Below, one piece after another: positions 1-7,867 of a stretch of DNA of 63,323 bases. A program made the position numbers and the translations under genes. The stretch is taken from assembly GCA_017991475.1 (NCBI GenBank), contig JAGOQK010000004.1, positions 7,227 through 70,549 on the forward strand. The letters are read 5' to 3'. Below the pieces are notes generated by a model. That model did not search any database and was not told the origin of the DNA. It saw nothing but the letters and a program-made list of their open reading frames with translations. Source of the stretch: Minisyncoccota bacterium (GTDB lineage Bacteria; Patescibacteriota; Minisyncoccia; Phycocordibacterales; PALSA-1337). The stretch's first letter is position 1, and every line of letters begins with the position of its first letter.

Positions 1-289
1 GAGCTGCGCTCCTCATAAATATGCTCAAGGTCTTCGATTCCTCGACATGAGCCGCGCAGGCGGCTCGTTATCGCCCATACTGTTTAATGAATATATAAAG
101 TGCGTGGCGGGCGATCGAGGAATCGAAGCTTACAGCTTCAGTACACCTTTCGCATTTCTTCGGAGCTGCGCTCCTCATAAATATGCTCAAGGTCTTCGAT
201 TCCTCGACATGAGCCGCGCAGGCGGCTCGTTATCGCCCATACTGTTTAATGAATATATAAAGTGCGTGGCGGGCGATCGAGGAATCGAA
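1..289. repeat. Tandem direct repeat, 162-bp period, made of the tRNA-Trp 3' end plus a structured trailer; at least 2 units, truncated by the window start
   Basis: 1..127 is identical to 163..289; each unit contains tggcgggcgatcgaggaatcgaa, the reverse complement of the tRNA-Trp 3' end. Confidence 0.95.
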
Positions 290-340
290 CCTCGGACAGC
301 GGTTTTGGAGACCGCAGTTATGCCACTTAACTAATCGCCC
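267..340 (-). tRNA. tRNA-Trp(CCA)
   Basis: Minus strand: GGGCGAT/ATCGCCC acceptor stem, anticodon loop CTCCAAA, GGTTCGATTCC T-arm, encoded CCA end. Confidence 0.97.
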
Positions 341-407
341 AAAAAAAGAAGGTAGAACTAATCCTACCCTCTTTTTCATCGTTATGCAAAGCTTCAGACG
401 TGTAGGC

Positions 408-563
408 TTACTTCTTGGCCTCCTTGAAGACTACGTGCTTGCGCAGAACAGCGCTGTATTTCTTGAGCTCGATCTTGCGCTCGACAAGCTTCTTGTTCTT
501 GCGGGTCCAATAGGTCTCGCCAGTCGACTTATTCTTGATTTGTATGAGTGAATCCTGTGACAT
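408..563 (-). CDS. rpmG: 50S ribosomal protein L33
   Basis: MSQDSLIQIKNKSTGETYWTRKNKK...IELKKYSAVLRKHVVFKEAKK; start set to the ATG at 563. Confidence 0.95.
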   Translation of the reverse strand: MSQDSLIQIKNKSTGETYWTRKNKKLVERKIELKKYSAVLRKHVVFKEAKK

Positions 564-602
564 ATGGGTAAAAATGAATGTGGGAACACTATAGCACGGA
601 AT

Positions 603-635
603 AAAAAAGACCGCAACGATTGCTCGTTGCGGTCT
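603..635 (-). terminator. Intrinsic terminator after the 330-aa gene
   Basis: 12-bp perfect stem agaccgcaacga/tcgttgcggtct followed by a T-run on the minus strand. Confidence 0.85.
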
Positions 636-660
636 ACTGAATTCACATGTCAATCAAGGT

Positions 661-1653
661 TTAGCCTTTGCCCCCCGTATACAAGAACTGGGGCTGACCG
701 AATTTGGACCAATTGAACTTGAGACGGTACTTGCCCGTATGGAACAGCACTGGAGTCGCTGCACTGGCATCCAGCACAACTGTGCTGACTTCTTCAGTCT
801 GCATATTCGTTACCTCGACAGCGATAGGCCGTTCGAAGTGGGCTTTGCCGTCCTGAATAAGGCCCAACACATCGATAGTCACCTCTTGCTTGCCTGCAAG
901 ATCGAGGAATGCGGTCGGAAGGGTCCATGTTTCCATGATCTTCAGAGTCACGTCCTTGGCTGATGATTTGAGCATGTAATGACCATTAATCGAATACTTA
1001 TCCGATCCATAGACCACTTCCGGCGTATTCGCGACTGGCTTGGACACATTGTAGGTCAGAACGACACCATCGGTAAAAGTGACCGACAGCATCACGTTGT
1101 AATACCCCGACATCCATGTTGGCCACATGATTTGGCCATACTGATTGACCTCGAGGTCTCGAATTTCGGTTGTCTGACCTTTCTCATCGAAGATGAGTGC
1201 TTGGGCATTCGAAACCCCCGACAAGATTGGGATGTTCTGCATCCAAATCCCCGTATGGATTCCATTTGTCTCATTGAGGTCCTTCGCGATCGCACTGCCG
1301 TATCCGAAGAAGAGTAAGGTCCAGTTCGTATCGTACGCGTACGCGTACGAACTAACCTGATCCAACGGATTGAGCACGCGGTAGTTGAAGGGTACCGAGA
1401 ACAGCTGATCGAACAACTGTTCACCATAAGCCGCGTTTGTCTCCGTGTAGCGGACGGTATTGGTGTAGCTCCAGTCCATACTGGGGCTGTACACGTAGCG
1501 GCCCCCTTGCGTGGCGATGGAGAGCGCGTAATTGCGGAGACTATCCTCGCTACGAATTTGCGGTAACAGCGCAGGATGATCTCCTGCAAAGGCCGCGCAC
1601 GCGAGTGTGGTAACTGCACCGATAAGTGCAGCGAGAGTATACTTAAGTTTCAT
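661..1653 (-). CDS. Secreted hypothetical protein (330 aa)
   Basis: Signal-peptide-like N-terminus MKLKYTLAALIGAVTTLACAAFA; beta-rich body; ends in TGGKG. Confidence 0.85.
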   Translation of the reverse strand: MKLKYTLAALIGAVTTLACAAFAGDHPALLPQIRSEDSLRNYALSIATQGGRYVYSPSMDWSYTNTVRYTETNAAYGEQLFDQLFSVPFNYRVLNPLDQVSSYAYAYDTNWTLLFFGYGSAIAKDLNETNGIHTGIWMQNIPILSGVSNAQALIFDEKGQTTEIRDLEVNQYGQIMWPTWMSGYYNVMLSVTFTDGVVLTYNVSKPVANTPEVVYGSDKYSINGHYMLKSSAKDVTLKIMETWTLPTAFLDLAGKQEVTIDVLGLIQDGKAHFERPIAVEVTNMQTEEVSTVVLDASAATPVLFHTGKYRLKFNWSKFGQPQFLYTGGKG

Positions 1654-1718
1654 AGTTCAGTTCTTTCTTTTCTCTGTTTTGTTTGTTGTGCGTTGTGTTT
1701 GTTTATCTGCGGTACGAA

Positions 1719-2135
1719 TTATTTCTGAGCTTCAGCCATTCGTTGTTGTGCCTGAATGAGCTCACGGATTTGCGCTTCTGGAATCACCGCCGGCATCCGA
1801 TTTGACGACGACACTGACTCAAAAGTGAAGTTCCCTTTTTGCCCCGTAACGGTGACCGCGGTATCGGCAACTTCCGTCAATTCTGCAGGCAAAAATGCCT
1901 TATGTTCCACCGGAACCTGGCTATTCTCATCTGGCGTTTCCGCCGGGATGTTCTCGATTACCGGCGCTTGTTCAGCGATCGGTTCGGCAGCCTGTCCAGG
2001 CTGATGATTCTTATTCTCAGCGGAGCGCTTGATCATGGGGACCAAGATCGCACCGAGAATGATAAGCAGAAGTATGCTGAGCGCGCGGACAGTCCAACTG
2101 GATTGTCCCGTGGAGCCATTGGAGTTATAGTTCAT
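1719..2135 (-). CDS. Single-pass membrane hypothetical protein
   Basis: SD-like agagga before ATG 2135; TM segment ALSILLLIILGAILVPMI. Confidence 0.75.
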   Translation of the reverse strand: MNYNSNGSTGQSSWTVRALSILLLIILGAILVPMIKRSAENKNHQPGQAAEPIAEQAPVIENIPAETPDENSQVPVEHKAFLPAELTEVADTAVTVTGQKGNFTFESVSSSNRMPAVIPEAQIRELIQAQQRMAEAQK

Positions 2136-2282
2136 ATCGTTTCCTCTGTTCCGAAGCACCCAACAAAACACACTCTTTCGCACACGCGAAAGAAAGTCAT
2201 GAATTTGATTGACATATGTGGTTTGCAAGGAGCTTTATTCAAGATAAAAAGCCCAAAATTGGGCCCTTATTTAGCTTGATAT

Positions 2283-2311
2283 AGTATAGCACATATGAGT
2301 ATAAAAGTCAA
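2283..2311 (-). promoter_or_regulatory. Sigma70-type promoter for the two-gene accessory unit
   Basis: TTGACT, 17 bp spacer, TGc-TATACT (extended -10) on the minus strand. Confidence 0.75.
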
Positions 2312-2364
2312 TACCCTGTAAGTTGTATCCTTGAAATACGGCTCTATTAAGGTACAATACCCTT

Positions 2365-3564
2365 ATGAAAGGCCTCCTTACCTGGCTCTCCCGCCGTCGA
2401 TACCCCTACCAGCCACTCATCACGGTTACTATCTCCCGTCGACGCATTGTCGAAAACCTCCACCGATTCATGGAGATAGCTCCAAAGCATACAGTCGCTC
2501 CTGTACTCAAAAGCAACGCCTACGGACATGGCCTGATAGAGGTTGCCAAAATACTTGAGATGGAGCATCGCAGACCGACCTCCTCAGAAGGCATAATTCC
2601 CTTCTTTGTGATCGACTCATATTTTGAAGCGCTGGCGCTCCGTGCAGCGGGCATACGCACGCCTCTACTAGTCATCGGGTATACGCGCCCCGAGATCATT
2701 GCTCACGCCCGTCTGAGGGGTGTATCTTTTGCCATCACGAGCATAGACACCTTGCGTCATGTCGTGAATTTCCAACCATCACTCCTCAACCTCACTGCAC
2801 GCACGCGCATCTCTGTACACCTCAAGATAGATACGGGCATGCGACGCCAGGGCATCCTCCCCGAGGAATTGTCTCAGCTTGGCGAGATCCTCAGGGTCAA
2901 TCCATCCATTGTTGTGACGGGTATATGCTCACATCTTTCGGACGCAGATAACGCAGATCCATCCTCTACCGAATCTCAGCTCGCTATCTGGAATGAGGTA
3001 GTGAAAAAATTGACCGCAGAGTACACAACCATTAAACACATTCACATTAGCAACACCGATGGCCACCGCTTCGCAGCAGACGCGCACGCCACTCTTTCAC
3101 GCCTCGGCATCGGCCTCTACGGGATCGCAGACGCTGGATCGATCGGTGCACACCTCCGTCTCGAACCCGCACTACGTATGGACACGATCATCACTGGCAT
3201 CAAGAAGCTCAAGCGTGATGAAACGGTGGGATATGGCAACACATTCAAGGCAGAATCTGATATGACTATCGCCACAATACCGGTCGGATACTATGAAGGC
3301 ATCGACAGACGACTATCGAATATCGGCACCGTTCTTGTTGGACCAGAAGATGTTCCCTGTCCAATACTCGGTCGTGTCAGCATGAATATCACCGTGATCG
3401 ATGTGACGCATGTTCCCGACGCAGAGATCGGCATGAAGGCGACCGCTATCAGTGATGACCCCGACGCTACAAACTCTATCGTGAATATGGCAAAGAAGTG
3501 TAAGACGATCCCCTACGAGATCGCTGTGCATATCCCGGGACAACTGAAGCGCGTCGTGAACTGA
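2365..3564 (+). CDS. alr: Alanine racemase
   Basis: PLP motif VLKSNAYGHG, HLKIDTGMRRQG, PVGYYEG, GRVSMN. Confidence 0.96.
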   Translation: MKGLLTWLSRRRYPYQPLITVTISRRRIVENLHRFMEIAPKHTVAPVLKSNAYGHGLIEVAKILEMEHRRPTSSEGIIPFFVIDSYFEALALRAAGIRTPLLVIGYTRPEIIAHARLRGVSFAITSIDTLRHVVNFQPSLLNLTARTRISVHLKIDTGMRRQGILPEELSQLGEILRVNPSIVVTGICSHLSDADNADPSSTESQLAIWNEVVKKLTAEYTTIKHIHISNTDGHRFAADAHATLSRLGIGLYGIADAGSIGAHLRLEPALRMDTIITGIKKLKRDETVGYGNTFKAESDMTIATIPVGYYEGIDRRLSNIGTVLVGPEDVPCPILGRVSMNITVIDVTHVPDAEIGMKATAISDDPDATNSIVNMAKKCKTIPYEIAVHIPGQLKRVVN

Positions 3565-3581
3565 AACTCGAGACTGAACCT

Positions 3582-3800
3582 CTATAACTTCTTAAGATAC
3601 TCTTCACGAGTAATTCCTAAAATCTTCAAATTATTTAGAATTATGAACTGGGGTAATTCTTTCTCCCTTGGAATGATGACTGGACGTAAAATTCCTGGTT
3701 TATGATACTTACGATGATCCCCTTCTTCAGAAGCGAACACGCAACCAACAGACAAAAGAAATTTTTCAAACTTTCTCCAGTGAATTCGTCCAAGCTTCAT
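3582..3800 (-). CDS. hicA: HicA-family toxin
   Basis: 72 aa; F-x-x-x-x-GDH motif followed by PVIIP and I-L-x-x-L-G-I helix. Confidence 0.85.
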   Translation of the reverse strand: MKLGRIHWRKFEKFLLSVGCVFASEEGDHRKYHKPGILRPVIIPREKELPQFIILNNLKILGITREEYLKKL

Positions 3801-4097
3801 TTAAGCAAATAGAGGAACCTTGAGATTGACCGACCTTACCTGTGGAGGCGTCCACTGAGATTTGCGTGTACGAGTAGGTGATGATTTAGTCCAACCAAGC
3901 TCTGTAAGTACCTGTGTAGCCACATTCCTTTCAGTGATATCCTTCATAAAAATATGCACTAACTCCTCAAAGCGTTTTCGCGCATGTTCCTCTGTCCTGC
4001 CAACTGTAGAAATATCAAGTGCAGGAGAATAGGCAATAACCTGTTTACGATCTTTTATAAAATTAACAGTAAGTTTTAATGATGGTATTGTGAGCAT
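3801..4097 (-). CDS. HicB-like antitoxin (short, no obvious DNA-binding domain)
   Basis: IAYSPALDISTVGRTEEHARKRFEELV matches the HicB RNase H-like N-terminal domain; abuts hicA. Confidence 0.8.
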   Translation of the reverse strand: MLTIPSLKLTVNFIKDRKQVIAYSPALDISTVGRTEEHARKRFEELVHIFMKDITERNVATQVLTELGWTKSSPTRTRKSQWTPPQVRSVNLKVPLFA

Positions 4098-4145
4098 ATA
4101 TTTCGCATCTATATTATTACACTATACTACGATAACGATATGTCT

Positions 4146-4231
4146 TGGTGCGCCGTGCTGGACTCGAACCAGCGATGCCCATAGGGCCGGGGATTTACAG
4201 TCCCCTGGAATAGCCGCTATCCGAACGGCGC
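4146..4231 (-). tRNA. tRNA-Tyr(GTA)
   Basis: Minus strand: GCGCCGT/ACGGCGC acceptor stem, CTGTAAA loop, long variable arm, encoded CCA. Confidence 0.96.
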
Positions 4232-4325
4232 ATTTTTCGATAACTTACTGATTCTAGCAGTTTTTTGATTTATCACAAGAGTAAACGAAAAAGCGCCCAT
4301 GTGATGAGCGCCTTTTGTTTGCTTA

Positions 4326-7025
4326 CTACTTCTGTACAAGAACGCTCGGCATCACGATAGGACTCTCACCTTTTTGCTTTTTCTTGACCTCGAAAGTAAA
4401 TGAGGGCTGAGTCTCATTCTTACCTGCCGGCTTCACTCCCACCTCTATCGTGCCACCCTTACTGACCGACTGTCCGATGAGCAGATTGGCGACCGGTGTG
4501 AGTATCTTGGTCTGGATGAGACGCTTGAGCGGTCGTGCTCCATACTGAGGGTTGTAGCCCTCCTTGGCGAGATACTCATAGACTGCAGGAGAAATATTCA
4601 AGGTGATATGCTTCTCTGCGAGACGCTTGACTACATGTTCTACCTGGATCCTGACGATATCCTTGATCGCCTCCGGTGTGAGTATATCGAAGATGATGGT
4701 GTCATCGAGACGATTGAGGAACTCCGGCCTGAAATAATCCTTGAGCGATGACATGATCTTGTCCTTGGCTTCAGTATAATTGCGGGCGTCGCGGTTGTCA
4801 TTGTCGCGGGCGAAGCCGAGTTTCTCCATGCGCTCGATGTGCTGAGCACCGATGTTGGAGGTCATGATGATGATTGTGTTGCGGAAATTGACCATGCGAC
4901 CCTTGGAATCAGTAAGACGACCATTGTCGAGCACTTGGAGGAGTACGTTGAACACCTCTGGATGTGCCTTCTCGATCTCATCGAAAAGAATGACGGCGTA
5001 CGGACGATGGCGAACCATCTCAGTGAGGCCTCCTGACTCGTCATGACCCACATATCCTGGAGGCGCACCGATGAGCTTGGCGACGCTATGCTTCTCCATG
5101 AATTCGGACATGTCTACACGGATGAGCGCCTTGTCATCATTGAAGAGGAATTCTGCGAGTGCTTTGGTAAGCTCAGTTTTACCCACACCAGTAGGACCGA
5201 GGAAGATAAATGAACCGATTGGTCTATTTGGATCAGCGATTCCTGCACGTGAACGACGAATGGTATCAGCTATCTTGGTGACCGCCTCATCTTGACCAAC
5301 AATACGCTTCTTGAGCTCTTCTTCCATACGAGTCAGCTTGATTGCCTCTGATTCCAACATTCTCGAAACAGGGATACCCGTCCAGCGCGAGACTACGCCC
5401 GCGATATCCTCGGCATTGATTTCTTCCTTGAGGATGCGACGAGAAGACTGGAGCTTCTTGAGACGCTTGGACTTCTGATCGAGCTCTTTCTCAAGCGCAG
5501 GAATGGTGCCATAACGAATCACCGCAGCCTTGGAAAGGTCTGCGCGCGCTTCTGCCATCTCAGCTTCCACACGGAATGATTCTAGATCCTTCTTGATACG
5601 TTTGATCTCACTGATAGTCTCCTTCTCGTTGGTCCACTTGAGCTCAAGCTCTGAAGTGCTCTCCTTGAGGTCGGCAATCTCCTTCTCAATCTTTGCCATG
5701 CGTGCTTTGGCATCTTTGTTGGTCTCTTTCTTGAGAGCTTCGCGCTCTATCTCGAAACGCATAATCTTGCGACGAGTCTCTTCGAGTGCAGGTGGCATGT
5801 TTTCAAGCGAGATACGGAGACTAGAAGCGGCTTCGTCGATAAGGTCGACGACTTTGTCTGGCAAGAATCGGTCAGTGATATAACGGCTCGCGAGACTGAC
5901 CGCAGCGACAATAGCATCATCGGTGATACGAACGCCGTGGAAAAGTTCGTACTTCTCTTTGACTCCTCTCAAAATCGCAACAGCGTCATCTGACGACGGT
6001 TCATTGACATGCACTGGCTGGAAACGGCGCGTAAGTGCGGGGTCTTTCTCGATATACTTCTGATACTCCTTGAGCGTCGTAGCGCCGATAGCGCGAAGCT
6101 CGCCGCGCGCGAGCGCTGGCTTGAGCATATTGGAAGCATCCATAGAACCCTCTGATGCGCCTGCTCCGACGAGCGTATGGATCTCATCAATAAAGAGGAT
6201 GATTTTGCCGTCAGACTTCTCGACTTCCTTCAAAATATTTTTGAGGCGCTCCTCAAATTCACCACGGTACTTGGTACCTGCGATGAGCGAGCCGAGATCG
6301 AGTGAGACGAGCTCCTTGTCTTTGAGCGACTCAGGAACATCTCCTTGGGCGATGCGGAGTGCAAGACCTTCAGCGATAGCGGTCTTACCTACGCCAGCCT
6401 CTCCGATGAGGATTGGGTTGTTCTTGGTGCGGCGCGAGAGAATCTGGATGATACGCATGATCTCCGCGTCACGACCGATAACTGGGTCGAGACGATTTTC
6501 CTTGGCGAGCTTGGTGAGAGAACGAGCATACTTGAAGAGTGTGCGGAGCTTCTTGGGCTCGGCATCTTTTACCGTCGGATCCTTCTTGAGCTCATCGATG
6601 ATCTTGGCGACGGCGTCGCGTTCGATCTTGAAACGAGAAAGTATATCACGCGCGATACATGGAGTATCGAAAATGGAGAGGAAGAGGTGCTCAGTGGAGA
6701 CAAACTCATCCTTGAGTGTCGTGGCGACGCGCATAGAATTGTCCAGGATCTGTGCGAGATCCGGGGTGAGATATATTTGATATGACGGCGAAAGGACATT
6801 GGATCCCTCAGGGGCCTCAATCTGTTCCAGGACGACATCGAGCATCATTGGCGTGTCGACCTCCATCTTATCGAGTATCGAAGCGACCATACTCTCTTCC
6901 TGCAACATGAGAGCGCACAGGAGGTGCGCAGGATTGACGTGATTTTGACCACGTTCGATCGCAAGCTCGTGCGCACGGCGCAGAGCTTCGCGGGCCTTGG
7001 TTGTGAGCTTATTCATTGGAGGCAT
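4326..7025 (-). CDS. clpB: ATP-dependent chaperone ClpB
   Basis: Clp N-domain; two AAA+ modules ([15 protein letters not shown]; [18 protein letters not shown]); long coiled-coil M-domain. Confidence 0.93.
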   Translation of the reverse strand: MPPMNKLTTKAREALRRAHELAIERGQNHVNPAHLLCALMLQEESMVASILDKMEVDTPMMLDVVLEQIEAPEGSNVLSPSYQIYLTPDLAQILDNSMRVATTLKDEFVSTEHLFLSIFDTPCIARDILSRFKIERDAVAKIIDELKKDPTVKDAEPKKLRTLFKYARSLTKLAKENRLDPVIGRDAEIMRIIQILSRRTKNNPILIGEAGVGKTAIAEGLALRIAQGDVPESLKDKELVSLDLGSLIAGTKYRGEFEERLKNILKEVEKSDGKIILFIDEIHTLVGAGASEGSMDASNMLKPALARGELRAIGATTLKEYQKYIEKDPALTRRFQPVHVNEPSSDDAVAILRGVKEKYELFHGVRITDDAIVAAVSLASRYITDRFLPDKVVDLIDEAASSLRISLENMPPALEETRRKIMRFEIEREALKKETNKDAKARMAKIEKEIADLKESTSELELKWTNEKETISEIKRIKKDLESFRVEAEMAEARADLSKAAVIRYGTIPALEKELDQKSKRLKKLQSSRRILKEEINAEDIAGVVSRWTGIPVSRMLESEAIKLTRMEEELKKRIVGQDEAVTKIADTIRRSRAGIADPNRPIGSFIFLGPTGVGKTELTKALAEFLFNDDKALIRVDMSEFMEKHSVAKLIGAPPGYVGHDESGGLTEMVRHRPYAVILFDEIEKAHPEVFNVLLQVLDNGRLTDSKGRMVNFRNTIIIMTSNIGAQHIERMEKLGFARDNDNRDARNYTEAKDKIMSSLKDYFRPEFLNRLDDTIIFDILTPEAIKDIVRIQVEHVVKRLAEKHITLNISPAVYEYLAKEGYNPQYGARPLKRLIQTKILTPVANLLIGQSVSKGGTIEVGVKPAGKNETQPSFTFEVKKKQKGESPIVMPSVLVQK

Positions 7026-7218
7026 AAATATATAGTACTATAAAAATAGGTGCTTAGTCAAACATGTTGCCTATCTTACTTGTCACGACGCGACATTCGC
7101 AGATTTCTTACGATTGAGTCGCCGAGGCACGCTCAAAGTGTACTAGGTATCAGGTTAAATTGAAAGTTGCAAAAAACCCATCGTCCGAAAACGATGGGTA
7201 TGTAGCGTGCGCGAACAT

Positions 7219-7782
7219 TCACGCATGTGCTGGTTGAGGAGCGGTAGATGGAACTCTGGCACACGCGATCGTGCGTGCGCGAGCACACTCTTCTTCCCCT
7301 CGAGCCATGATATAACTCATCACACTGAGCACGATATGGTCGCTTCCTCTGCCGGACTGGATGTTATTCGGCATCCGACATCTCACCACAGGCTCCATTG
7401 GACCCTGCATGATATCGCCTCGAGGACATTCCGAGCAATCCATCGGACACATGTTGGCAGTCGCATACAAATGCACGATGCGCTTTGGGTGCGTCAGGTC
7501 GAGCGGTAAACGCGCGCATTCTTCAGGAGAGATTATCTCGAGACAGCCCGCATCGCTCGAAAAACTGAATGGACGAATCGTCTCGTCGATCCACTTGAAT
7601 ACAATCCACAGGCCTGGCGCACCCGCAAGAGGGGCTATCAAAGCACTGGTGTAGTGCGCATCGGCGAAACTTAGCGACTCGATCATGCTAGTCTCAGCGA
7701 AGCGGTGAATAACCTCCCTCTGAAGGATGGAGCGCGCAGGATTCACGGAAACCGACTTAACTTTCGGTTGGGTATCACTCAT
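7219..7782 (-). CDS. Hypothetical protein with a Cys cluster
   Basis: 187-aa ORF in the smc-clpB gap with a downstream hairpin near 7171-7198; CPMDCSECP motif. Confidence 0.65.
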   Translation of the reverse strand: MSDTQPKVKSVSVNPARSILQREVIHRFAETSMIESLSFADAHYTSALIAPLAGAPGLWIVFKWIDETIRPFSFSSDAGCLEIISPEECARLPLDLTHPKRIVHLYATANMCPMDCSECPRGDIMQGPMEPVVRCRMPNNIQSGRGSDHIVLSVMSYIMARGEEECARARTIACARVPSTAPQPAHA

Positions 7783-7867
7783 AGGTAACAGGGGTATATG
7801 GTTTTACGTAACTCTACTTTGAACAGTACTACCGCATAGACATATTTGTCAAGTGTGTTGTGGTGTA

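Noticed and set aside
1-289. CRISPR array
   Set aside because: The whole 127-bp stretch is repeated, there are no unique spacers, the unit contains a tRNA end, and no cas genes are present
47-334. 95-aa ORF with an internal repeat
   Set aside because: It is antisense to tRNA-Trp and is just the translation of the 162-bp tandem repeat
2560-2600. Short insertion EHRRPTSSEG in Alr as a repeat element
   Set aside because: No clear palindrome or second copy, and it cannot be separated from ordinary loop variation without an alignment
7113-7137. HspR HAIR or CIRCE operator upstream of clpB (ttgagt-N11-gctcaa)
   Set aside because: Spacing and sequence match neither CTTGAGT-N7-ACTCAAG nor TTAGCACTC-N9-GAGTGCTAA
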